Shown piece by piece: positions 47,503-56,932 of a stretch of DNA of 64,000 bases. Numbering within the stretch: the first letter of the stretch is position 1; every line of letters begins with the position of its first letter. Origin of the DNA: Candidatus Woesearchaeota archaeon (GTDB taxonomy: Archaea > Nanobdellota > Nanobdellia > Woesearchaeales > ARS49); assembly GCA_016188265.1 (NCBI GenBank), contig JACPID010000005.1, positions 38,126-102,125 of the forward strand, in the 5' to 3' direction. Under the pieces are notes generated by a model. It was not told where the DNA came from and made no database searches. It saw nothing but the letters and a program-made list of their open reading frames with translations. The position numbers and the translations under genes were made by a program.

Positions 47503-47676
47503 GGGCCTGTAGCTTAGCTTGGTGGAGCAACGGTCTTATATGACGTTGTTTCGCACAACGATCGAAGCTAGCCGTAGGTCGGGGGTTCAAAATGGTTTGT
47601 GGTTAGTGGTTCGTGGTTTGAGGACTGCAAACTACCCACTACAAACTATAAACCATAGAAAGTCCCCTCAGGCCCA
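47503..47676 (+). tRNA. tRNA with two introns (29 nt at 37/38 and about 71 nt in the T-loop); mature 74 nt, anticodon UAU (putative tRNA-Ile)
   Basis: Exons: GGGCCTG-TA-GCTT-AGCTTGGTG-GAGC-A-ACGGT-CTTATA | intron 47541-47569 | A-GCCGT-AGGTC-GGGGG-TTCAAA(A) | intron about 47593-47663 | CCCCT-CAGGCCC-A. All stems pair and the acceptor is a perfect 7 bp. TATA-like tttttaaaa lies about 30 nt upstream. Confidence 0.6.
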
Positions 47677-47777
47677 CTTTTTTTATTCTATAGAAAATAA
47701 CACTAATTTTCATAATTTTTGTTATTTCCTATATTCGACAAACTTTACTATTAATATATGATTATTAAAGTTTGTCG

Positions 47778-48791
47778 CTATAATTCTTCTTCTGGTGGTG
47801 TTAATTCTTCTTCTGAAATTTCTTCAGGCTCTTCTTTTTTTTTATTTATTGCTTCTCTGACTCTTGGATGCAACTCTTCAGGCCCTAAGTCTTCCTTTTC
47901 ATGGAAAGTTTTTCTGTGAATATAATAACCTATTCCTACAATCATTATTATTAAAGCAAGAATAATCATTACAACAGACATGATTGGAAGCCCAAAAATA
48001 TTTTTTTTGTAAACATCAACTAGTTCTGGTTTTTTGTTAGGGCATTTTTCTCTTTCTGATTCAAAAATTTGCCGCCACGAATCTATGCTGCAAGTTAAAA
48101 TATCTTTATCAAGGATGTTTTCAAGTTCTGTTGTTTTTTGAATCTCACTTGAAAATTTTATTAGTGAAAATTGTGAATCACAGTATTGTTGTTGTCCTAA
48201 TCTTGCTAATGTTTTTTTAGCTAGATTGTTACATTCTTCAGGCGTCATTTCTTTTTTTTCAGCAACAGGAGGCTTTTCCGGAGGCTGTGGTGGAAGTTCT
48301 AGCGGTTTTATAAGTTCAGGTGTTGGTGCAATTTCAGGTAGTTTTACTTCAGGTAATTTTTCTTCTTTTGGTTTTTCAGGCTGTACTTTTATAGGTTGGG
48401 TGTATTTAAGATCTAAGGTGTTTTCACAATAGTTTTTAATACAGCTTTCAAAACAATTTGAAAAGTGTTGTTCTGTTCTAAACGGTCCTGTTGCAAGACA
48501 ACTTCTAGTGCATTCTTGATTTGATTTTATTTTTTTTGATTGCGGGCTTTCACAATGAGTGCATGCTAGAGTGCAAAGTTTTCCAACTCCTAATTTATCA
48601 AGCTCAGGATTTCTTAATTTAACAACTGATTCAATACCATTAAAACAATTGCATGCATTGTCATTGCGCCAGTTATTAAGTTTTGAATCTTCCCATGAAC
48701 TTACTTTATCAAATACTTCATGGCTTGCAAATACAATATTTATTGTTATAAGAAAAACAATGAGCGTGCTTATTTTTTTCATTAATAACAC
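47778..48791 (-). CDS. secreted Cys-rich, Pro-rich protein with C-terminal TM anchor and acidic tail
   Basis: Signal peptide, about 14 Cys in the N-terminal domain, PEKPKEEKLPEVKLPEIAPTPELIKPLELPPQPPEKPP linker, and TM LPIMSVVMIILALIIMIVGIGYY. Confidence 0.45.
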   Translation of the reverse strand: MLLMKKISTLIVFLITINIVFASHEVFDKVSSWEDSKLNNWRNDNACNCFNGIESVVKLRNPELDKLGVGKLCTLACTHCESPQSKKIKSNQECTRSCLATGPFRTEQHFSNCFESCIKNYCENTLDLKYTQPIKVQPEKPKEEKLPEVKLPEIAPTPELIKPLELPPQPPEKPPVAEKKEMTPEECNNLAKKTLARLGQQQYCDSQFSLIKFSSEIQKTTELENILDKDILTCSIDSWRQIFESEREKCPNKKPELVDVYKKNIFGLPIMSVVMIILALIIMIVGIGYYIHRKTFHEKEDLGPEELHPRVREAINKKKEEPEEISEEELTPPEEEL

Positions 48792-48914
48792 CTTTTTTAA
48801 TGTCTACTGTTAATTTGGCTTTTTAAAAATTTGTATAGTTGACTTATTCTTTGCCTAAAAGGGCTTTTGTATTGTTAGAAAGTTTTTTAAATAATAAGTA
48901 TTATTATAGATGTA

Positions 48915-50921
48915 ATGAAGCATTCAAGAAAGTTAAGCAAGCGCAATGTTAAAAGTTTAAATTTTTCTTGGAAAAGATCACACTTGTATTTTCTTGCAGT
49001 TGTTGTTGTAGCTTCACTTGTTCTTGTTCTTCCATTACAACCACAATCTAATACTTTAACAGGTTCTCAGACTATTGATACTACTGCTAGAACTGAAACT
49101 GTAGATTGTTCTATTGCTCCGACAAGTGTAAAACAAAACTGTATGAGCAGGCATGGTACTCCACAATTTCAAAGTTTACCTGTTAGCGAGGGTGTTTGTC
49201 AACGTCAAATCACACACCAGACTGTACTTTATCAATGTAAGTATAGAGCAGTAGCTACTACAGCAACATGGACTTGTCCAAACATTGATATGATGCGTAC
49301 TTATTGCTCGCCTGATTTGTACAGAGCAAATAATCCTGGCATAAATGCAGATTTATGGAATGCACTTTTAAGTAAAACAAGATACTGGTGTGATTCAAAC
49401 TATCCACAATCTACTGTTGGAACTTATGTTTGTGATATGCCTGAAGAAATTTGGAACGTAGCTGGTGGAGCACAAAAATGCAGTACTGATGCTTGGTCTG
49501 GAGGAGGCGCATTCTACATATCACAACCATTATCTGTTCAATATACTGAGACTGGTCAGAAATATGCTTGTATGTTTTATGTTCCAGAGCTTATTGTTGA
49601 TAAAGCTGAACAAGCCAGTTCTGCTTATGGACGTTTGTTATTTAGTTGGCGTGAAGCTGATGGCCATCAAGTAACTTTGAAATTTTTAAGCGGAGGAACA
49701 GTATTTCACCAATCGTCTCTTGGAACTTCACAAGTTTTGTTAAGAGGAGAAACAACCTTTCCATTACCAGCTACTCAAACAATAACTGTTCAGGCATGTG
49801 ATCAATATAATGATTGCAGTAATCTGCAAAATATTCAAATCCAGCAAGTAACAGCTCCAGCGCCTAGTCCAGCACCTACACCGCCACCATCTGCACCTGC
49901 TTGCCCTGATGGTATGTATTTGGCAAGTGCAAGTAAGTGTTGTCCTATTGGCACTGCTTTAACACCTGAAGGAACATGTCAAGCTCCTACATCAGCACCG
50001 CCAGCTCCTGCACCTGCTGAAACTTGTCCTAATCCTGCAACTCAATATTTAGTTGCTCCAGGCCAGTGTTGTCCTAAAGGAACTATTTTTGATGGTACAA
50101 ATTGCAGACCGCCGCCAACTGCACCGCCTGCACCAGCTCCAATTATTGTTCAAGCTCCATCACCTGCACCAACATATTATCAGCCTTATGTTCCTACAAG
50201 CGGAGGTGCACGTTGGCAGCCCAAAGTACAGCAAACAATTTCTAGTCCTATTCCTCAAGTTCCAGCAAGACCTCCAAGTATTGAACTGCCTCAAGTTGTT
50301 GAAAAACCTCCTGAATGGGGAGACTGCTTATACCAGCTTGTTTTAATTGAAGGCAAGCCTCAAAAAGGTTATTATCAAGTCAGTACTACTGGAGAAAGCA
50401 AAGAGTGTAGTTTGCTGCCAAAATATGATTCTTTCACAAAATCATTAACTACTGATTTTAAAAAAGAAGAATCTAGCGGATTGCTTGATCGTGTTAAAAA
50501 TGTTCAGTTAGGTAAAGAAGGTTTAGGAATTATAACTTTTGAAGGCGTTATGGATGTTAGAAATCTTGATTTTGATAAAAATGTTGATGTTCAAAAAAGT
50601 TCAGTTATTATAAGAGATGTTCCTCAATTAAGCAGATCTGCTGTTGTCAGATTAGTAAGCCTTGATTTAGAAGAGCCTTTAGTACTTAAAGATGAAAGTC
50701 CTTGTGTTACTTGCAACATATTATCTTATGAAGATGGTGTTCTTGAATTTAGTGTTCCGCGTTCAGGAAGATATGATGTTGTTGAAAGATCTCAAGTATT
50801 TCCTGAAAAAACAAATTGGTTAATGATTATTTTAGCAATTCTTTTGATTTTATTAATTGTCGGCGGAGCTGTTTATTATTACCAGTACGTTTATAAGAAA
50901 AAACAAAAAGAAAAAAGTTAA
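48915..50921 (+). CDS. surface protein with Cys-rich domain, Pro/Ala linkers, repeated CCP-G-T motifs, C-terminal TM anchor
   Basis: Signal anchor; repeats KCCPIGTALTPEGTCQ and QCCPKGTIFDGTNCR separated by APAPSPAPTPPP-type linkers; TM WLMIILAILLILLIVGGAVYYY. Confidence 0.45.
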   Translation: MKHSRKLSKRNVKSLNFSWKRSHLYFLAVVVVASLVLVLPLQPQSNTLTGSQTIDTTARTETVDCSIAPTSVKQNCMSRHGTPQFQSLPVSEGVCQRQITHQTVLYQCKYRAVATTATWTCPNIDMMRTYCSPDLYRANNPGINADLWNALLSKTRYWCDSNYPQSTVGTYVCDMPEEIWNVAGGAQKCSTDAWSGGGAFYISQPLSVQYTETGQKYACMFYVPELIVDKAEQASSAYGRLLFSWREADGHQVTLKFLSGGTVFHQSSLGTSQVLLRGETTFPLPATQTITVQACDQYNDCSNLQNIQIQQVTAPAPSPAPTPPPSAPACPDGMYLASASKCCPIGTALTPEGTCQAPTSAPPAPAPAETCPNPATQYLVAPGQCCPKGTIFDGTNCRPPPTAPPAPAPIIVQAPSPAPTYYQPYVPTSGGARWQPKVQQTISSPIPQVPARPPSIELPQVVEKPPEWGDCLYQLVLIEGKPQKGYYQVSTTGESKECSLLPKYDSFTKSLTTDFKKEESSGLLDRVKNVQLGKEGLGIITFEGVMDVRNLDFDKNVDVQKSSVIIRDVPQLSRSAVVRLVSLDLEEPLVLKDESPCVTCNILSYEDGVLEFSVPRSGRYDVVERSQVFPEKTNWLMIILAILLILLIVGGAVYYYQYVYKKKQKEKS

Positions 50922-50963
50922 TTTAGAACTCTCAACTGTCCAAATACTATTAATAGTGTTTTT

Positions 50964-51377
50964 TCATTTTAACAATTTTTCTATTTTCTTTATTATTTTT
51001 TCAGCAAATTCAATTGCTAATTTAGCTTCAGATTCATCACAATTCTCACCATAATATTTTATAGAATTTCTTATTTTTCTCAATCTATCAAACTCAGCAA
51101 TATCACTCTCACTAAATCCTCTACCCATAAGATAAACTATTGAAGCTTCATGAGAAAATGATTTAAATCCATTTAAATACAATAAAGAATCTGCTGCTTC
51201 TCTCATTGCTTCATAAGCATTTTCAAGAACATATTTTGGTTTTTCTTTTCTAAAAATATTCTTAGCTAAGTTAATTCTTTCTACACTATCGATAAATGCT
51301 GCTTTGGATAAATTTATATCTGGACTTTGTTTTTTAACTTCACCTTTTTTTAAAAAAAATTCAAATTCTTTCACCAA
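50964..51377 (-). CDS. HEPN-domain protein
   Basis: ...NAYEAMREAADSLLYLNGFKSFSHEASI... and a RNSIKY (R-x4-Y) motif; the gene overlaps the upstream MNT by 7 nt. Confidence 0.55.
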   Translation of the reverse strand: MVKEFEFFLKKGEVKKQSPDINLSKAAFIDSVERINLAKNIFRKEKPKYVLENAYEAMREAADSLLYLNGFKSFSHEASIVYLMGRGFSESDIAEFDRLRKIRNSIKYYGENCDESEAKLAIEFAEKIIKKIEKLLK

Positions 51378-51889
51378 TATCCCCCCATGATGATTCCATT
51401 ATAAAGATTATGCTGAAATTCTTGACTTATTTTTTTAATTTCTATTTCATGAATATTTATTCTCTTCTTTAAAAATTTTTCATATTTTAAAATGTCAAGA
51501 TTTATATTTTTATTTGTTATTATTGCTATATCAACATCTGATTTTTCTATATCTTCCCCTCTTGAGAAACTGCCAAACAAAATTATAATTTTAGGATTGT
51601 TATACTGTTTAGTTAAATAATCAATAATACTTGAACTATATATTTTTTTTATATTATTTACTCGTTTTAATCTTATAAAAGTAACATTATCTCTATTAGC
51701 CATAACTACCGTCATAATCTTGCCCTTTTTTTTGATTATTAACCCAAGTTCTGCTAATTGATCAGTAGTAGATACTATAGTAGGCATTGATAGTTTAAGT
51801 TTTCTTGATAATTCTCTGAGATGAAATTGTGTAGTTGGATTATCAAAAAACAATTCTAGAATTTTTTCATTGGTAGATTTTTCTAACAT
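51371..51889 (-). CDS. wHTH plus minimal nucleotidyltransferase (MNT) domain protein
   Basis: GSFSRGEDIEKSDVDIAI (GSx9-13DxD); N-terminal HTH LRELSRKLKLSMPTIVSTTDQLAELGLI. Confidence 0.65.
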   Translation of the reverse strand: MLEKSTNEKILELFFDNPTTQFHLRELSRKLKLSMPTIVSTTDQLAELGLIIKKKGKIMTVVMANRDNVTFIRLKRVNNIKKIYSSSIIDYLTKQYNNPKIIILFGSFSRGEDIEKSDVDIAIITNKNINLDILKYEKFLKKRINIHEIEIKKISQEFQHNLYNGIIMGGYW

Positions 51890-51982
51890 CTGATAGATAA
51901 AAATAACATTTGGTATTTAAATCTATCTCTAAATTTCTTACATAAATTCTTGCATTTTCATTAAAGATTACTTGAAGTTAAT

Positions 51983-52705
51983 TTAGAAACTTCTTCCATA
52001 GCTTACAAATGTAAGCCACTCATTTTTTTTGTCTGTATTATGCTCGTATCTGTATTCAAAACGTAATGATTCAAAGTTTATTCTTAATGTTGTCTTGAGT
52101 GCGTGTTCATAATCTCCTTTTAAGACAGATGTGTCTGGTTTATAATTAAATCTTAAAGTTCCTGTCCAGTGCGGTTTTGATAAATTTTCTGCAACAGGTT
52201 TATACATTGTTGATATTGATGGAGCAATAGTAGAATCTTCAGGAGGCTCGATTAAATAATAATGAACATCTTTAAAATATTCATGAATGTTTTTTTCAAG
52301 TTTTTTTGGAACAATCTCATAAGCTTCAAAGCCTTTATCAACAAATTTGCCAATATCGCCTCGTTCATAAATAAATGCTTGATGAAATGCTCTTGTTATT
52401 TCTACTTTTTCTCTAGTATTTAAACGAGTACTTTTGTAAGGATCATCCCGTAGTGTTCTGAGAATAGAATCTTGAGAGTAACGTTCGTAATCATAAATTA
52501 ATCCAAATCTGGAATCAAAATATAGTCTTTGTCTTCTAAATTCAGGCATCTCATCATAAATGTATTGAACTTTTTCTCCATTTATTATTCTTCTAGCATG
52601 CTGGTGTAATGGTTCTTGTTTTTTTTGCGCATTGGAGCACCCTGCAAGTAGCATAAATATTTCTATTAACTTAATTGTTTTTTTTGCTATTTTAGTTATT
52701 TTCAT
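51983..52705 (-). CDS. lipoprotein (lipobox LLAGC), unknown function
   Basis: K-rich n-region, hydrophobic core, then the LAGCS lipobox. Confidence 0.45.
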   Translation of the reverse strand: MKITKIAKKTIKLIEIFMLLAGCSNAQKKQEPLHQHARRIINGEKVQYIYDEMPEFRRQRLYFDSRFGLIYDYERYSQDSILRTLRDDPYKSTRLNTREKVEITRAFHQAFIYERGDIGKFVDKGFEAYEIVPKKLEKNIHEYFKDVHYYLIEPPEDSTIAPSISTMYKPVAENLSKPHWTGTLRFNYKPDTSVLKGDYEHALKTTLRINFESLRFEYRYEHNTDKKNEWLTFVSYGRSF

Positions 52706-53360
52706 TTTGGTTGGGTAATAATCCTAATTGTTTTAGTTTTCTGTATAATGTTTCAAATCTTAATCCAATTCTGCGGGCTGTTTGAGATATATTTTGTTTA
52801 TTTTCTTCAAGAGCTTTTCTAAGATATGTTTTTTCAAAATATTCTTCTGCTTCTTTTAAAGAAAGTTCAGAGTCTGGCAGTTCTTTTACTATATCTTTTG
52901 AAATACCTGGTGCGTTTTCGTATAATTTTTTGAATTTATTAGGATGTATTGCTTCTTTATACTGTTCTAAAGTTTTTTCTATTAATCCTTTAATAGCAAT
53001 TTCTTTGATATAATCTGCTTTCAGTAATTCTTTTCTATATGTTTCTACATCAATTTTTAATTCTTTAATAAGTCTGTGAAGTGTTTCGCGTTCAATTTGA
53101 GCAATTCTAGAAACTTCACTGACATTTCCAAAATGTAATCTTAATAGTTTTGACAAATAAAATTTTTTAAATGATTTTTTACATATTTTAAAAGAAATTC
53201 TTGTATCTATTATGAAGTCTAAAACAGGGGCTTTTTTTAGTTTATCAGAAATATCGCTTTTTATTTCACTAACAGTTATTCCAAGAATTTTATGCATGGC
53301 TTGATCTAGTAAAGGTTTTATCTTAAATTCCAAAGCCTGCTCAAAAACTTCTTTCTTCAT
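52692..53360 (-). CDS. protein with two Fis-type (HTH_8) DNA-binding domains
   Basis: FGNVSEVSRIAQIERETLHRLIKEL and NISQTARRIGLRFETLYRKLKQLGL both match the Fis/NtrC C-terminal HTH consensus. Confidence 0.55.
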   Translation of the reverse strand: MKKEVFEQALEFKIKPLLDQAMHKILGITVSEIKSDISDKLKKAPVLDFIIDTRISFKICKKSFKKFYLSKLLRLHFGNVSEVSRIAQIERETLHRLIKELKIDVETYRKELLKADYIKEIAIKGLIEKTLEQYKEAIHPNKFKKLYENAPGISKDIVKELPDSELSLKEAEEYFEKTYLRKALEENKQNISQTARRIGLRFETLYRKLKQLGLLPNQNENN

Positions 53361-53368
53361 TATGATTT

Positions 53369-53953
53369 TTATAACTTCTTTTTTATCTTAATGTAAACAA
53401 TATATATTGTTATTAAAATAATTGTTGTTATAATTGTTAGAATGCCAAAATATTCTTTGATAAAACTTAATATTTCTTTCCCTTTCCAGCCAAGCAAGCC
53501 TGCAATTAAGAAAAATCTCAATCCTCTGCCAATTAAAGAAGCTATTGTAAATCGTTTTAATTCAATATTGAAAACTCCTGCTGAAATAGTAAATACTTTG
53601 TAAGGTATTGGAGTAAATGCTGATATGAAAATTGCCCATGCATCATATTTGTGGAAATAATTGTGAACTTGGTCTATTTTTTCTTGTTTTACAAATCTTT
53701 GCAATACTTTAATTTTACCAACATAACCTATCAAGTACCCAAATAAGCCTCCTAAAGTTGAACCTATTGTGCATACTAATGCATACCAAATCCAAGAATG
53801 TGGTTCTGAAAGCACTAAAGATATAAGCAATAAATCCGGAGGAATTGGAAAAAAACTAGATTCAATAAAAGCAAGAATAAATAAACCAGTAGCTCCTAAA
53901 TATGAAAAAGTACGTAATGTTTCATCAATTAAATTTTGAAAAATTGCCATCAT
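53369..53953 (-). CDS. DedA/TVP38-family membrane protein
   Basis: The ESSFFPIPPD hallmark and multiple TM helices. Confidence 0.65.
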   Translation of the reverse strand: MMAIFQNLIDETLRTFSYLGATGLFILAFIESSFFPIPPDLLLISLVLSEPHSWIWYALVCTIGSTLGGLFGYLIGYVGKIKVLQRFVKQEKIDQVHNYFHKYDAWAIFISAFTPIPYKVFTISAGVFNIELKRFTIASLIGRGLRFFLIAGLLGWKGKEILSFIKEYFGILTIITTIILITIYIVYIKIKKKL

Positions 53954-54615
53954 AATTTTCCTAACTCTGAATGTTCATATTCTTTTACTAGTGTAGACCA
54001 TATAAAATAAAGTTCTTTTCTTAATATATCTTCACTGCTATTATTTGTAATAATATATGGATTATAGCCTTTTTCTTCTAGTTCTTTAACTTTCCTAATT
54101 TTTTCATAGTCTGGTAATTGTGATTGCAATCTTTTGGTTATATCTTCATCGCTTAATTCAGGATTTCTTTTTTTTATTCTTTTAAATTGAACTTCTGGAC
54201 GCACGCTGATAAGAACAATTCTATTATCAACAAAATCCATCCAGTTTTTTTCAATAAATAAAGCAGCATTTAGGCAGTGCATTCCTGGTTTTTTGAATTT
54301 TTCTAGAAAATAATCCTTAATGTATGGATAAACTGTTTGCTCTAATTTTTCTCTTTTTAATGGATCTGAAAAAACAAGATCGCCTAATTTAGTCGTATTA
54401 ATTTTTTGATCATGTTGCAAAATGCTGTTGCTGAAAATATTCAAAACTGATGAATAGGCCGGTGATTTTGGAGTACAATACGTGTTTTTCGCGATATAAT
54501 CTAAGTCGTGATGGTGAAAACTCATATTACTTTCTTTTGCAAATTTTTCAAGAATAGAAACAGCAGTATTTTTTCCTGAAGCAATTCCTCCTGTTATGCC
54601 AAATTTAAAAACCAT
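53950..54615 (-). CDS. P-loop kinase, dephospho-CoA kinase (CoaE)-like
   Basis: GITGGIASGKNT Walker A at the extreme N-terminus with CoaE-like spacing. Confidence 0.5.
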   Translation of the reverse strand: MVFKFGITGGIASGKNTAVSILEKFAKESNMSFHHHDLDYIAKNTYCTPKSPAYSSVLNIFSNSILQHDQKINTTKLGDLVFSDPLKREKLEQTVYPYIKDYFLEKFKKPGMHCLNAALFIEKNWMDFVDNRIVLISVRPEVQFKRIKKRNPELSDEDITKRLQSQLPDYEKIRKVKELEEKGYNPYIITNNSSEDILRKELYFIWSTLVKEYEHSELGKL

Positions 54616-54678
54616 GATAGATCACTAAATTCTATATTATTTATAATAATAGTATTTTTATATGATAATTTTTAAATT

Positions 54679-55944
54679 ATGCGTATGAAAGTTATTACAG
54701 ACTTACACATTCACAGCAGGTATGCAAGAGCTTGTTCTAAAGATTTGTCAATAAAAACATTGTCAAAATATGCTAAAATTAAAGGAGTTGATATTCTTGG
54801 AACAGGAGATTTTCAGCATCCTGAATGGATTAAAGAATTAAAAAAAGAATTAACAGAAGTTTCTCAAGGAATATTTGAATCTAAGGATAAAATGAAGTTC
54901 ATGCTTACAACAGAAATATCATTAATGTATTCTCAAGAAGGCAAAGGCAGAAGAATTCATCTTGTAACCTTAGCGCCTAGTTTTGAAGTTGTTGACCAAA
55001 TAATAGACACGCTTAGTAAAAAAGGAAGGCTAGATTACGATGGCAGGCCTATTTTTGGAATGAGCTGCATTGATTATGTTGATATGATGATGAAAATTAG
55101 TAAAGATATTGAAATAATTCCAGGACATGCATGGACTCCTTGGTTTGGAGTTTTTGGAAGCAAGTCTGGTTTTGATTCATTAAAAGAATGTTTTCAGGAA
55201 AAAACAAAACATATTCATGCTATAGAAACTGGAATTTCATCAACTCCTGATATGAATTGGAGGTTATCTAAATTAGATAATATTTCTATTGTTAGTTTTT
55301 CTGATTTGCACAGTTACTGGCCTCATAGGTTAGGCAGAGAAGCTACTGTTTTTGATATTGATAATTTAAGTTACAATGAGCTACTTGAAAGAATAAGAAA
55401 TAATGAAAAATTTGAAACTATTGAGTTTTTTCCAGAAGAAGGCAAGTATCATTATGATGGCCATAGAAACTGCGGAGTTGTTGCTTCACCTGCAGAATGT
55501 AAAAAATTAAAAGGTATCTGTCCTAATTGCAAAAAACCATTAACTATTGGAGTAGCTCATAGAATTGAAGAGCTTGCTGACAGACCTGAAGGTTATAAAC
55601 CTAAAAACGCAAAACCATTTACAAGGCTTATTCCTCTTTTAGAATTAATAAGCGCTTCAATAGGTACTGGTGTTTCTTCAAAAAAAACCTTTGAAGTTTA
55701 CTATAAACTAATTAAAGCGTTTAGCAACGAGTACAATATATTGTTAAATGTAAAAGAACATGAATTAGAAAATGTTGTTGATAAAAAAATTATTGATTTA
55801 ATAATTAAAAACAGAAGCGGAAAAATAAACTTTATTCCGGGCTATGATGGTGTTTATGGGCATCCAGTATTTGAGGGAGTTGAAGTTAATAAAAAAGAAA
55901 TAAAACCAGTTAAAAAAGAACAAAAATCATTAGAAGAATTTTAA
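54679..55944 (+). CDS. PHP-domain metal-dependent phosphoesterase with C-terminal Cys-cluster
   Basis: The DLHIHS motif at the N-terminus; CPNCKK zinc-ribbon-like region. Confidence 0.5.
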   Translation: MRMKVITDLHIHSRYARACSKDLSIKTLSKYAKIKGVDILGTGDFQHPEWIKELKKELTEVSQGIFESKDKMKFMLTTEISLMYSQEGKGRRIHLVTLAPSFEVVDQIIDTLSKKGRLDYDGRPIFGMSCIDYVDMMMKISKDIEIIPGHAWTPWFGVFGSKSGFDSLKECFQEKTKHIHAIETGISSTPDMNWRLSKLDNISIVSFSDLHSYWPHRLGREATVFDIDNLSYNELLERIRNNEKFETIEFFPEEGKYHYDGHRNCGVVASPAECKKLKGICPNCKKPLTIGVAHRIEELADRPEGYKPKNAKPFTRLIPLLELISASIGTGVSSKKTFEVYYKLIKAFSNEYNILLNVKEHELENVVDKKIIDLIIKNRSGKINFIPGYDGVYGHPVFEGVEVNKKEIKPVKKEQKSLEEF

Positions 55945-55947
55945 TTA

Positions 55948-56445
55948 CTATACTACAGGCGTTTCATAACTGACTGCTTTCACATTTTTTTGAAACGTAT
56001 CTTCTATTTTTTCAACAATATTATTTGAAGAAGTTAATAATGGATAAGCAATAGCTAATTTAATTGCAGGGGGTTGTGCTTCATCATCTGGAAGTGTTGG
56101 TTGAATAATAACAAAACCTATAACTCTTTTGTCTTCCTTTGTTGCGTATTCTTCTTTTATGGCATAAATATTTCCCAAGTCTTGAATTAAGTAACGTTCA
56201 AGTCGTGAAAAGAACTGGCTCGGTTTATTGGTTTTTAATTCACTTCTACTATCACAAACTGGAAGATGGTTTTTAATATTGTCTGCTAAAATGCATGGAA
56301 AAGTATGTTCACCACTTTCATTAATCACAATCGGTCCAATTGGCGCCAGTCCATATCTGTATAAGATATATTGGTCAACCATTGAAATAACTTCACTTCT
56401 ATCTTCAGAGTTCAGAGGAGTTATTTCAATTTTATCTTCGATCAT
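55948..56445 (-). CDS. hypothetical protein
   Basis: ORF only; it occupies the position of eIF6 in the conserved cluster but does not resemble it. Confidence 0.3.
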   Translation of the reverse strand: MIEDKIEITPLNSEDRSEVISMVDQYILYRYGLAPIGPIVINESGEHTFPCILADNIKNHLPVCDSRSELKTNKPSQFFSRLERYLIQDLGNIYAIKEEYATKEDKRVIGFVIIQPTLPDDEAQPPAIKLAIAYPLLTSSNNIVEKIEDTFQKNVKAVSYETPVV

Positions 56446-56921
56446 TTTTTCTTTTCAGATTCTTTTTGTAATTTTTCTAATTCTTTTTTAATTTTTACTT
56501 CGCCTTTTTTAACTGCTTTGTCTTTTGTTTTTTCTTTTATTACTTCTTTAACTTGCTGTTCTATGTTTTCTGCTTTTTTATCTTCAGATACTTGTATTTT
56601 TGCAGTGGTTTTCTTTGGCTCTGCTTTTGGTTTTTCCTTTTTATCTTCAACAACTTTTACACCAACTAAATTAGCTTTTACATTGCCATCTTCTGCCTTA
56701 ATTGCTGTAATCTTAATCCATGACGGAGGGTTTTTAATGCCCTTTGACCATAATTCTTCATTTAGTTCTTTTCCAATTAATACTACTTTGTCTCTTGCTT
56801 TCATGTGCCGTGAAAGAAATCTTTTAACTGCTATTACTGCTTTTTTTGCTCGTTTGTATTTTGGTACTTTAAGCCATTCTTTTCTGAGTGGAATTGTGTA
56901 TGTTCTTTCAAGTGTTGCCAT
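56442..56921 (-). CDS. rpl31e: ribosomal protein eL31 with a long K/E-rich C-terminal extension
   Basis: ERTYTIPLRKEWLKVPKYKRAKKAVIAVKRFLSRH; about 70 extra lysine-rich residues. Confidence 0.75.
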   Translation of the reverse strand: MATLERTYTIPLRKEWLKVPKYKRAKKAVIAVKRFLSRHMKARDKVVLIGKELNEELWSKGIKNPPSWIKITAIKAEDGNVKANLVGVKVVEDKKEKPKAEPKKTTAKIQVSEDKKAENIEQQVKEVIKEKTKDKAVKKGEVKIKKELEKLQKESEKKK

Positions 56922-56932
56922 TTTTTCTCACC

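Noticed and set aside
47519-47761. 80-aa ORF
   Set aside because: It lies entirely within the intron-containing tRNA gene and its 3' flank.
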